Source: an uncultured delta proteobacterium (lineage in GTDB: Bacteria; Desulfobacterota; Binatia; JACPRU01). Taken from it: 64,000 nt of DNA. The notes under the pieces are model-generated. The model did not search any database and was not told the origin of the DNA. It worked only from the letters and a program-made list of their open reading frames with translations. The position numbers and the translations under genes are program-made. This document shows, one piece after another, positions 18,242 to 26,857 of this stretch; the stretch's first letter is position 1, and each line of letters begins with the position of its first letter. The stretch covers positions 96,001 to 160,000 of the forward strand of contig CAVUWD010000011.1 of NCBI GenBank assembly GCA_963745025.1, written 5' to 3'.

Positions 18242-18338
18242 ACGCAGCGAAGCCCTCGGCGACCTCTTCCGAAACGAACGAATCGGTGAACGTCTCGCAC
18301 CTCATGCGCAACAGATGCGGTTGATGTCGCGCGTTCCG

Positions 18339-18347
18339 TGATACAGT
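18339..18347 (+). promoter_or_regulatory. Putative extended -10 promoter element
   Basis: TGaTACAGT in the intergenic region about 130 nt upstream of the 18475 ORF. Confidence 0.35.
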
Positions 18348-18474
18348 TCGATCATGCAGGCGTTGCGACGCTCGGGCGGTCCAGGGCGACGGTCACGGCT
18401 CCTCCTTCCAGGTTGTCACGGAGGTACTTCGAACCTAGAGTCGCCCCTGCCATGCTCAGCCTCCGGGAGGACCC

Positions 18475-18840
18475 ATGACGGGAAGGGAAGCGATGCTGCA
18501 AGCCTTCGACCGGCTCTTTGACCGTGCCGCGAAGAAGCTCCATGTCGAGTGCTCCGTCGACGAGAAGGAGTCCGCCAAGAAGCAGTTCGAGGCTCGCTTC
18601 GCGGCGCTGCTCGAAGGCCTCGATCAGGTGACGGTCAACGACGTTCCCGACGAGGTCATCACCGGCATGGAGAACGCCATCGACCGCATCACGCCGACCG
18701 AGGTCGTCGGCCTTCTCGCCTCCATTCCGATCGCCCACCAGGGCCAGGAGATGATGCGTCAGCTCGCCTACCGAGCCGCCGAGCAACGGCTGCTCGATCA
18801 TTTGATCCATCAGGCGGACGACCGCTACGGCGGCAACTGA
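18475..18840 (+). CDS. Hypothetical protein (121 aa, helical)
   Basis: Strong GGAGG RBS and GC3-biased codon usage; no recognisable motif. Confidence 0.75.
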   Translation: MTGREAMLQAFDRLFDRAAKKLHVECSVDEKESAKKQFEARFAALLEGLDQVTVNDVPDEVITGMENAIDRITPTEVVGLLASIPIAHQGQEMMRQLAYRAAEQRLLDHLIHQADDRYGGN

Positions 18841-18990
18841 GTCCGCTCGTCAGACCAGATCCGGAATCCCAGTCCAGGCGGTTGGATCACCGGCTCCGCC
18901 GGTAGGCGCCTCCCCCGATAGGGCAATCGTCACGGTTCGGTTTGCAAGCCCGAAGAACCCCGGGGCATCATGCGGTGAGGACCAAGAAGG

Positions 18991-21177
18991 ATGACGCGTC
19001 GATCGGCAAGCGCCCCGGCGCAGGTTCCGAGATCACGCTCGAGCCGTTTCACGCTGCGGTTCCATTTGTTCTCGGAGACGGCGGCCGCGATCGTGATCTT
19101 GATCGGCGTCGCCGTGCTCGTCGGGTGGCTCTTCGACAACACCACGTTGAAGAGCCTTCACCCGGGCCTCGCCTCGATGAAGCCGAACGATGCCGTCGCC
19201 TTCATTCTCGCCGGCAGCTCGCTCTGGATGCTGCGCAGCGAGACCGCCGACCCGCGAAAGCGCAGGATTGCACGGAGCTTCGCCGTGGCGGCCTCGCTGG
19301 TCGGCCTGGCGACGCTCGCCGAGTACCTCCTCGGCGTGAGCCTCGGCATCGACCAGATCTTCTTTCAGGAGTCGACGGGAATGATCTGGACCTCACATCC
19401 GGGCCGAATGGCTCCGAGCGCGGCGCTCAATTTCCTTCTGCTCGGGCTCGCCCTCTTCGCTCTCGATCCGCGCAGCCGCTACTGGCTCGTCGAAGCGTTG
19501 GCGGTCGCGGCGATCTTCATCTCGCTGGTCGGTCTTCTCGCGCATCTCTATGCGCTCGAGCTGCTGCACGGCACTGGCTACTACACGCACATCGCATTCC
19601 ACTCGGCGGTGGCATTCTGCCTGCTCGCCGCCGGCATCCTCTTCGCGCGCCCGGACCGAGGGCTCGTGGCGATCGTCGCCAGCGAGACGGCGGGCGGGGC
19701 CATGGCGAGACGCGTGTTCCCCGTCGTGCTGGTGGTGCCGGGACTCCTCGCCTGGTTGAGCTTCGCAGGCCAGCGAGCCGGGTACTATCAGAGCGTCTTC
19801 GGGCTGGCGCTGCTGACGCTCGGCAACGTCATCGCGTTCAGTGTCGTCGTGCTGTGGAGCGCGCGCTCGCTCTACGATCTCGACGTCGAGCGCGAGCGAA
19901 CCGATGCGGCGCTGTGGCAAAATCGAGAGCGGTTTCGCCTCGTCGTCGACGGCGCGCGAGACTATGCGATCTTCCTGCTCGACGCCGACGGCTACGTGCG
20001 GAGCTGGAATCCAGGTGCGGAGCGGATCATCGGCTATCGTGAAGACGAAGTCCTCGGGCGGCACCTCTCGACCTTCTACCCGCTGGAGGATGTCGCGAAG
20101 GGGAAGCCGGAGCGCCACCTCGACACCGCCGTCTCCGAGGGACGGTTCGAGGACGAGGGCTGGAGAGTCCGCAAGGACGGCTCGCGGTATTGGGCCAACG
20201 TGATCCTCGCGCCGCTCGTCGGCGAAGACGGGAGGCTCTCGGGCTTTTCCAAGATCACGCGCGACATGACCGAGCGCAGACGGATCGAGGAGCAGCTGCA
20301 GGACGCGAACACGGAGCTTCGCAAGCGAGAGCAAACCCTGCAGGAGACGCTCGCCAGCCTGACGCGCACGCACGAGGCGCTGAAGAACGCTCAGCTGCAG
20401 GTGGTCCAAGCCGAGAAGATGGAGTCGGTGGGCCGTCTCGCCGCGGGGGTCGCCCACGAGGTCAAGAATCCGCTCGCCGTCATCCTGGCCGGGATCAACT
20501 ATCTCAGCGGGCGCTCGGCGGGGGACGAGACCGTCGCCTCCGTCCTCTCGGAAATGCAGAAGGCGATCGAGCGGGCCGATCAGATCATCGGCGGCCTGCT
20601 CGACTTCTCCGCGCCACGCAACCTGGAGCTCGGCATGGAAGACCTCAACGCGATCGTACAGCAGGCGTTCCTGCTCGTGAATCACGAGATCGAGAAGAGC
20701 CGCGTGACGGTCGTGCGGACGCTCGGCGAGGACCTCCCCCTCGTCCGGCTCGACAAGCGAAAGATCGAGCAAGTCTTCGTCAACGTGTTCCTGAACGCGA
20801 TCCAGGCGATGCCTGAGGGCGGCACGTTGACGGTCAAGACCTACGTCCGGGCGGCGATGGCGAGCGGACCGCCGGCGGGATCGAGGGGGACGTATCTGCT
20901 GAGGACCTTCGGACGCATGGTCGTGGCCGAAGTCGACGACACGGGCGCGGGCATCCCCGAAGGTCAGGCGCGCAAGATGTTCGAACCTTTCTTCACAACC
21001 AAGCCGACGCGCAAGGGAACGGGCCTCGGTCTGACGGTGAGCAAGGCAATCGTCGACATGCACGGCGGAAGAGTGGAGATTCGTAACCGCCCGGGGGGCG
21101 GTGCTCGCGTGTTGATCGTCTTGGATCCGAGAGGAGGTCGGGAAGATGCCCAAGAAGCGGCTGTTGCTCGTGGATGA
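18991..21177 (+). CDS. Multi-TM PAS-domain sensor histidine kinase
   Basis: About 7 TMs; PAS (YAIFLLDADGYVRSWNPGAE...RVRKDGSRYW); H-box AGVAHEVKNPL; N-box NAIQAM; DTGAGI, FFTTK, GTGLGL. Confidence 0.93.
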   Translation: MTRRSASAPAQVPRSRSSRFTLRFHLFSETAAAIVILIGVAVLVGWLFDNTTLKSLHPGLASMKPNDAVAFILAGSSLWMLRSETADPRKRRIARSFAVAASLVGLATLAEYLLGVSLGIDQIFFQESTGMIWTSHPGRMAPSAALNFLLLGLALFALDPRSRYWLVEALAVAAIFISLVGLLAHLYALELLHGTGYYTHIAFHSAVAFCLLAAGILFARPDRGLVAIVASETAGGAMARRVFPVVLVVPGLLAWLSFAGQRAGYYQSVFGLALLTLGNVIAFSVVVLWSARSLYDLDVERERTDAALWQNRERFRLVVDGARDYAIFLLDADGYVRSWNPGAERIIGYREDEVLGRHLSTFYPLEDVAKGKPERHLDTAVSEGRFEDEGWRVRKDGSRYWANVILAPLVGEDGRLSGFSKITRDMTERRRIEEQLQDANTELRKREQTLQETLASLTRTHEALKNAQLQVVQAEKMESVGRLAAGVAHEVKNPLAVILAGINYLSGRSAGDETVASVLSEMQKAIERADQIIGGLLDFSAPRNLELGMEDLNAIVQQAFLLVNHEIEKSRVTVVRTLGEDLPLVRLDKRKIEQVFVNVFLNAIQAMPEGGTLTVKTYVRAAMASGPPAGSRGTYLLRTFGRMVVAEVDDTGAGIPEGQARKMFEPFFTTKPTRKGTGLGLTVSKAIVDMHGGRVEIRNRPGGGARVLIVLDPRGGREDAQEAAVARG

Positions 21178-21535
21178 CGAGGAAGCGTTCGCGCGAATCC
21201 TCAAGCTGAACCTCGAAGAGACCGGCAGCTACGAAGTCGACGTCGAGACCGACGGCACCAAAGCGGTCGCGGCGGCGCGCGCTTTTCAGCCGGACCTGAT
21301 TCTGCTCGACGTCGTCATGCCAGACACCGACGGCGGCACGATCGGCGGCGAGATCCTCGCGGACAAGCAGTTGCACAAGATCCCGATCATCTATCTGACG
21401 GCGGTGGTCTCCCGAAAGGAGCTCGGGGGCCCGTCCGGCGTAGTCGGCGGGCGGCTCTTCGTCGCCAAGCCGGTCGAGAAGCAAGCGCTCATTCAGCTGA
21501 TCGAAGAGCAGCTGGCGAAGTCACGGCCGCACTGA
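21146..21535 (+). CDS. Single-domain response regulator (CheY-like)
   Basis: LLVDDE, DLILLDVVMP, YLTA, KP; overlaps the kinase 3' end. Confidence 0.92.
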   Translation: MPKKRLLLVDDEEAFARILKLNLEETGSYEVDVETDGTKAVAAARAFQPDLILLDVVMPDTDGGTIGGEILADKQLHKIPIIYLTAVVSRKELGGPSGVVGGRLFVAKPVEKQALIQLIEEQLAKSRPH

Positions 21536-21555
21536 GCCGCGGCGACTGGGCGATC

Positions 21556-22089
21556 TCAGGAGGCGAGGCACACGGCTTCGTCGCCGACGCTGCCGAGGTT
21601 TCCCTCGACCTCGAGCCCGGATCGGCAAGCGTCGGCTTCGGCAGCGCTCGCCATCGAGCAGCTCCCGTCGAAGATCGCGCCGTCGTGGATCACCAGCCGG
21701 GGTGCGGTAACCGTGCCGCGGAGTCTGCCGGTCGCACCGATCTCGACCCTCGCGGTGGCTTGGATGTCGGCTGTCACCTCTCCCTCGATGACGACTTCGT
21801 TTGCCTGGATCTTGGCCTCCACCCGGGCTCCCCGCCGGATGATCACGGCTTCGCCCGCCACGATCTCCCCTGCGACTTCTCCGTAGATCCGGATGCTGCC
21901 CTCGAATCGGAGCTTCCCCGAGACCTGGCTTCCCCTGCCGATCCGGCCGTTCGGCTCGTCGTCTTCCGCCTCGACGGCAATCTCCGTCGGAGCCGACGGC
22001 ATCGCCACGGAAGGAAGCGTCAGGTCTTCGACGGCGTATGACGAATCGATGACCCTCGGCTCTTCGTTCCTGTGCCTAAAAAGGCTCAT
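21556..22089 (-). CDS. Bactofilin (polymer-forming cytoskeletal protein)
   Basis: IGRGSQVSGKLRFEGSIRIYGEVAGEI...GAIFDGSCSM beta-helix pattern; GAGGGGGA RBS. Confidence 0.9.
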   Translation of the reverse strand: MSLFRHRNEEPRVIDSSYAVEDLTLPSVAMPSAPTEIAVEAEDDEPNGRIGRGSQVSGKLRFEGSIRIYGEVAGEIVAGEAVIIRRGARVEAKIQANEVVIEGEVTADIQATARVEIGATGRLRGTVTAPRLVIHDGAIFDGSCSMASAAEADACRSGLEVEGNLGSVGDEAVCLAS

Positions 22090-22146
22090 TTATCCCCCCT
22101 CATGGTGATTGCGCCGGATCTCTAGCCCTTCAGCGATCAATTGACT

Positions 22147-22162
22147 AGCAAGGTTAATGCCG
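22147..22162 (-). promoter_or_regulatory. Putative sigma-54 (-24/-12) promoter of the bactofilin gene
   Basis: Minus strand CGGCATTAACCTTGCT = GG-N10-GC, about 60 nt upstream of the start. Confidence 0.6.
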
Positions 22163-22212
22163 ACCCTTCGGCGGCAATTCCTGGGAAAGCTCGAAAGAGG
22201 ATCTGACCAAGT

Positions 22213-23118
22213 CTGTCCACTCGCACGCTCAAAAAGGTACGTACCGCGCTGCTGGCCGTCGCCCTGCTCGGCGTCTCCTGCAGCGGAACGTTCCATTCGC
22301 CGCCTCCGGCACCACACTCGCCAGACCCGTCGGCATGGTCCAGGGCGGACCTGACGATCGCCTACCTCGGGCATGCCTCCGTGCTGATCGACTTCGGCGG
22401 TACCCTGCTCCTGACCGACCCCACTTTCTACGATCGTATCGGCGCCGCGCTCGGTCCGATCACGATCGGCCCGAAGCGCCTCGTCGCTCCGGCCCTCGCT
22501 CCACCCGAGATGCCAAATCTGGACGCCGTGCTGGTCACCCACGCCCACATGGACAGCCTCGATCGCCCCTCGCTGCGGTCCCTCTCTGCCACGCCACTAC
22601 TGGTCGTTCCCGAACGCACGAGGGACCTCGTCGACGATCTCGGCTATCCGCGGGTCGTCGAGCTCGGTTGGGGAAAGCAAATCGCGGCGCCCGACGTCGT
22701 AATCGAGGCCGTGCCGATCCGCCATTGGGGCCGGCGATGGCCATGGGAGCGCTCGCGCGGCTACGACGGCTATCTCCTCTCTCGCGGCGACGTGCGTGTC
22801 CTGTTCGCGAGCGACACCGCCTATAGCCCCGAGCTCGCCGCCTATGCGAAGCGACGCCAGGTGACGGTGGCGATCCTCGGCATCGGCGCGTACGACCCGT
22901 GGATTTGGAACCACGAGAGCCCGGAGGAGGCGTGGCAGACGTTCGTGGAAAGCGGCGCACGCTACCTCATCCCCGTCCATTGGGACACGTTCCGCCTCGG
23001 CAAGGAGCCGGTCGGCGAAGCGATGCGCCGGCTCCTGGCTGTGGCCGGACCGCAGGCGAGCCGCGTGGTGATTCGCGAGATCGGCGAGACCTGGACGATC
23101 AGGCTCGGCGGGAGCTGA
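22213..23118 (+). CDS. MBL-fold metallo-hydrolase lipoprotein (NAPE-PLD/RomA-like; apparent CTG start)
   Basis: THAHMDSLD, YLGHASVLI, LLTDP, IPVHWDTF. The frame upstream of GTG 22381 encodes a lipoprotein signal STRTLKKVRTALLAVALLGVSC, bounded by TGA 22204-22206; CTG 22213 follows AGAGGA. Confidence 0.85.
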   Translation: MSTRTLKKVRTALLAVALLGVSCSGTFHSPPPAPHSPDPSAWSRADLTIAYLGHASVLIDFGGTLLLTDPTFYDRIGAALGPITIGPKRLVAPALAPPEMPNLDAVLVTHAHMDSLDRPSLRSLSATPLLVVPERTRDLVDDLGYPRVVELGWGKQIAAPDVVIEAVPIRHWGRRWPWERSRGYDGYLLSRGDVRVLFASDTAYSPELAAYAKRRQVTVAILGIGAYDPWIWNHESPEEAWQTFVESGARYLIPVHWDTFRLGKEPVGEAMRRLLAVAGPQASRVVIREIGETWTIRLGGS

Positions 23119-23162
23119 CAAGGGAGCGCTTCGAACGCGTCGCGACGTTGGCTTTGATGAGA

Positions 23163-23239
23163 GCGGGGCATGTTCCTGTCGACCCGTACTTGGGTTGACA
23201 GGAACATGCCCCGCCGCGCGGAAGCGCGGAAAGCAATAG
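23163..23239 (+). repeat. Double-hairpin element, copy A (between convergent genes)
   Basis: 23-bp stem (23163-23214, one G-T pair) around GTACTT, then CCGCGC-GGAA-GCGCGG and AAAGCAATAG. Confidence 0.85.
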
Positions 23240-23312
23240 CACGCCCGGGAATCGAACCTTCCCGCGCTTCGCGTTGCTCTTCATCCTTCAGCCCGAGCTT
23301 GAGTTCGCTGAC

Positions 23313-23906
23313 TTACCGCGCGCTCCGAGTCCTCTGCCGCAGTCGCTTCCAGATCGCGTCGATCTCGCTCCGTCGGAAAAGCGCCGCGGCGCGGACGGCG
23401 CCGACTTCGGCCCCGATCGCCTCCATGCCGCCTTCCTCCCGATCGACGAGGGCGACGACACGTTCGACGCGAAAGCCCTCCTCGCGGCAGCGAGCGATCG
23501 CGCGCAACGTCGAATCGCCGGTCGTGACGACGTCTTCGACCACGGCGACCCGCGATTTCGCGCGCACCGCGCCCTCCACCCAGCGCTGCATGCCGTGCGA
23601 CTTGGCCTCCTTCCGCACCGAGAACGCCGCGACCGGACGACCACGACCTTGGCTGTAGTAGGCGACGGCACAGGCGATCGGGTCCGCGCCCATGGTGAGC
23701 CCACCGACCGCGTCGACGGCGCCGCGAATGCGCTCGAACACGAGCCGGCCGATCAGCGGCATCGCCTCGGGGAGCATCGTCGTGCGCCGGCAATCGAAGT
23801 AGAAGGGACTCGTCTTTCCGGAGGAAAGCACGAAGGGCTTGCGCGGCCGGTAGAAGACGGAATGTGTGGCGAGGAGCGCGGCGAGTGACTCTTCCCTCGA
23901 TGTCAT
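23313..23906 (-). CDS. pyrE: Orotate phosphoribosyltransferase
   Basis: FVLSSGKTSPFYFDCR, GGLTMGADPI, VRKEAKSHG, VVEDVVTTGDS (PRPP motif), VDREEGG. Confidence 0.95.
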   Translation of the reverse strand: MTSREESLAALLATHSVFYRPRKPFVLSSGKTSPFYFDCRRTTMLPEAMPLIGRLVFERIRGAVDAVGGLTMGADPIACAVAYYSQGRGRPVAAFSVRKEAKSHGMQRWVEGAVRAKSRVAVVEDVVTTGDSTLRAIARCREEGFRVERVVALVDREEGGMEAIGAEVGAVRAAALFRRSEIDAIWKRLRQRTRSAR

Positions 23907-23940
23907 CGGCCAAGTATAGGTACAATTGATCGTTGCTTCC

Positions 23941-25131
23941 ATGAGTCCGAACCTCAAGGGAAGATACGCAATCGCTGGGCTCGGTCTGACACGCATGGGC
24001 CGGGTCTACGATTCGCCGATGGGCTTCGCCGTCGAAGCCGTGCGCCTCGCTCTCGAAGACGCGGGCCTCGATCGGCACGACCTCGACGGCCTCTTGCTGA
24101 ATCCCGGCATCGCCTGGGCGGACACCGCCATGGGCTCATTCGCCTTGCAGCAAGCGCTCGGTCTGCGCGACGTCCGCTACTCGGTCGCCATGAACCTCGG
24201 CGGCGCGACCGCGGCGGCGATGGTGCAGCAAGCCGTGATGGCGATCGACGCCGGCCTCGCCTCGACGGTTGCCTGCGTGTTCTCGGACGCCCCCCTGAAG
24301 CCTCCGAAGCCTGCCGGCGACGGGAAGAAGCAAGCGGCAGGGTCCGGTGGATCGGCTTCGGCCTACGCGTTCGCGCGCGGCCTCAACGCCGCCTACGGAC
24401 AGTTCGGAGTAAACGCGCTCTACGCTCTGGTCGCCAGGCGCCACATGCATCGCTACGGCACCACCAACGATCACCTCGGGGCCGTGGCCGTCGCGGAGCG
24501 CGCCTGGGCGAACCGCAACCCGGCCGCACAGTTCTACGAAGCGCCGCTCACGCTCGACGAGTACCATCGCTCGCGCTGGATCGTGGAGCCCTTCCACTTG
24601 CTCGACTGCTGCCTGGTTTCGAACGGTGGTGCCGCGGTGATCGTCACCAGCGCCGAGCGTGCGCGAAATCTCCGCCAGCCACCGGCCTACATCTGGGGTT
24701 TCGGCCAGGGGCACCCCGGAGGTGACCCCATCGATACCCTGACGTCGGGCGCGCCGCTCGCCAAGCAAGTCGCCTTTCGGATGGCCGGAATCGACACTGC
24801 CGACGTCGACGTTGCCGAGGTCTACGATTGCTATACCTTCACGGTGCTCGTCACCCTAGAAGACTACGGGTTTTGCCCGAAGGGTGAGTCGGGGCCGTTC
24901 GTGGCAGACGGATCGATCGGCCCGGGCGGTCGCCTACCGGTGAACACCGGGGGCGGCCAATTGTCGAGCTTCTACATGTGGGGCATGACACCGGTTTCGG
25001 AGGGCGTGATCCAGGCGCGCGGCCAAGGCGGAACTCGCCAAGTCGAGCGGCGGAACGTCATCCTGGTGTCGGGCAACGGGGGGATTCTGTCCATGCACTC
25101 GACGCTCGTTCTGAGCCCACTCTCCTCGTGA
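23941..25131 (+). CDS. Thiolase-superfamily protein lacking the catalytic Cys (Ltp2/SCP-x-like, probable aldolase)
   Basis: NLGGATA in place of the nucleophilic Cys motif; LLDCCLVSNGG, VYDCYTF, PVNTGGGQLS. Confidence 0.85.
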   Translation: MSPNLKGRYAIAGLGLTRMGRVYDSPMGFAVEAVRLALEDAGLDRHDLDGLLLNPGIAWADTAMGSFALQQALGLRDVRYSVAMNLGGATAAAMVQQAVMAIDAGLASTVACVFSDAPLKPPKPAGDGKKQAAGSGGSASAYAFARGLNAAYGQFGVNALYALVARRHMHRYGTTNDHLGAVAVAERAWANRNPAAQFYEAPLTLDEYHRSRWIVEPFHLLDCCLVSNGGAAVIVTSAERARNLRQPPAYIWGFGQGHPGGDPIDTLTSGAPLAKQVAFRMAGIDTADVDVAEVYDCYTFTVLVTLEDYGFCPKGESGPFVADGSIGPGGRLPVNTGGGQLSSFYMWGMTPVSEGVIQARGQGGTRQVERRNVILVSGNGGILSMHSTLVLSPLSS

Positions 25132-25541
25132 TGACCGATTCGCAAAAGCCGGTTCCGGAGGTCACCGAGGAACTGCGTCCGTTCTTTGCCGCGGCCCGCG
25201 AGGGGCGGCTCGTCGTGCAGCGCTGCAAGGGCTGCGGTCAGCGCCGGTTCCCGCCGCGTGAGATTTGCAGCGGCTGCCTCGGCCGCGACGCCGAGTGGGT
25301 CGCCTCGTCCGGGCGCGGCACGATCGTCAGCTTCAACGTCATGCACCAAGTCTACCATCCCGGGTTCGCCTCCGAAGTCCCGTACGCCATCGTCCTCGTG
25401 GAGCTCGAGGAAGGCGGGAGACTGCTCACCAACCTGATCGGCTGTCCGCTCGAGCGGGTGCGCGTCGGTTTGCCGGTCGAGGTCGCGTTCGAGAAGCGCA
25501 CCGACGAGATCTCCTTGCCGCAGTTCAAACCTCGGCCCTGA
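25131..25541 (+). CDS. DUF35 Zn-ribbon/OB-fold protein
   Basis: QRCKGCG...PPREICSGC, SGRGTIVSF, VPYAIVLVELEEG; TGATG coupling to the thiolase-like gene. Confidence 0.9.
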   Translation: MTDSQKPVPEVTEELRPFFAAAREGRLVVQRCKGCGQRRFPPREICSGCLGRDAEWVASSGRGTIVSFNVMHQVYHPGFASEVPYAIVLVELEEGGRLLTNLIGCPLERVRVGLPVEVAFEKRTDEISLPQFKPRP

Positions 25542-25545
25542 AGCG

Positions 25546-26565
25546 ATGAAGATCGCAATCGATCTCGGCACGACCTACTCGGTCGTCTACGTCATCGGCC
25601 GCGGGGTGGTGCTCCGCGAGCCTTCGGCGGTCGCCGTTCACAAGGAGAGCGGTGAGGTCATCGCCTACGGCGACAAGGCGCGCGGCATGCTCGGGCGCGT
25701 CCCGGAGTCGATCGAAGTGATCCGCCCGCTGCGCGACGGTGTCATTGTTCATTTCGAGGCGGCGCGGGAGATCCTCCGTCATTTCATCGAGGTGGCCACC
25801 GAACAGCGCTGGATCAAGCGCTCGCAGGTCGTCATCTGCGTGCCCCACGGGGCCACGCCGGTCGAGATGGACAGCTTGAAGCGCGAGTCACTGGCGGCGG
25901 GCGCGCATCGCGTGGATCTCGTGAAGGAGCCCTTTGCCGCCGCGCTCGGGGCCGGGTTGGCGATCGGCGAGCCGCGCGGGAATCTGATCGTCGACGTCGG
26001 CGGCGGCACGACCGAAGCGACCGCGATCTCGCTGAACAACATCGTGCACTGCGAATCGCTGCGCATGGCGGGAAACGCCATGGACCAGGCCATCGAGGAG
26101 CATTTCCGCGCCCGCCACCACTTCGCGATCGGCGAGACGACCGCGGAGCGGATCAAGATTCAGCATGGCTCGGTCACGCCGCCCGACCCCGATCTGCCCG
26201 TGGACGTCAAGGGATTGAACCTCCGCAATGGATGCCCCGGCGTCCTGCGGGTGCCGTCGAGCGAGATTGTCGAGGCGCTCGAGCCGATCCAGCGCCAGAT
26301 CGTCGAAGCGATTCGCCGCACGATCGAACACCTCCCTCCCGAGCTCGCCGGAGACGTTCTCACCGAAGGGGGCGCGATGGTGGGCGGCGGGGCGCTGCTG
26401 CGAGGCTGGTCGCGTAGGCTGCAAGAAGCGCTCGGCCTGCCGATCCGCATCGACGAAGACCCGCTGATGGCCGTCACTCGGGGCTTGATCCGCATCCTGG
26501 AGGATCGCAGCCGCTTCTCCGACCTGATCCTCAACTCCGAGTATCAAGCCGCATTCGCCGCGTGA
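25546..26565 (+). CDS. mreB: MreB/Mbl-like actin homolog (no mreC/mreD adjacent)
   Basis: IAIDLGT, EPSAVA, IRPLRDGVI, EPFAAALGAG, VDVGGGTTE, GETTAERIK, GGGALL. Confidence 0.88.
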   Translation: MKIAIDLGTTYSVVYVIGRGVVLREPSAVAVHKESGEVIAYGDKARGMLGRVPESIEVIRPLRDGVIVHFEAAREILRHFIEVATEQRWIKRSQVVICVPHGATPVEMDSLKRESLAAGAHRVDLVKEPFAAALGAGLAIGEPRGNLIVDVGGGTTEATAISLNNIVHCESLRMAGNAMDQAIEEHFRARHHFAIGETTAERIKIQHGSVTPPDPDLPVDVKGLNLRNGCPGVLRVPSSEIVEALEPIQRQIVEAIRRTIEHLPPELAGDVLTEGGAMVGGGALLRGWSRRLQEALGLPIRIDEDPLMAVTRGLIRILEDRSRFSDLILNSEYQAAFAA

Positions 26566-26573
26566 GGCGAGAA

Positions 26574-26835
26574 GGCTCCGGGCTACAGGAAAGGATTTGC
26601 GAAGGCCTTGCCCATAGCCTGAAGCCCGAAACCTCTTTGTCGTCTTGCCGGGGTCGTTCGGGCCCAAGATGGTCAAGCTCCCTCCGCGTAAGGACTTCGA
26701 GATCGAGGTCGGCGAGCGCCCGCAGGCACGGAGACGAAGCGCCTGCCCAGCCCCGCGGCCTCCACGACGGGCTACGGCTGCGGGAGGAATCGCCTTGAGC
26801 CTTTCCCATAGCCCGTAGCCTGAAGCCTGCAACCC
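26574..26835. repeat. Degenerate 7-bp tandem repeats (TAGCCYG/AAGCCYG) in two cassettes
   Basis: CCCATAGCCTGAAGCC (26611-26626) versus CCCATAGCCCGTAGCCTGAAGCC (26805-26827), each preceded by a complementary GGGCTAC. Confidence 0.6.
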
Positions 26836-26857
26836 AATTCTATGTTACAAAACATGC

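Noticed and set aside
23236-23265. GGTTCGATTCCC on the minus strand resembling a tRNA T-loop or att site
   Set aside because: The T-stem does not pair, and there is no cloverleaf, CCA end or nearby integrase.
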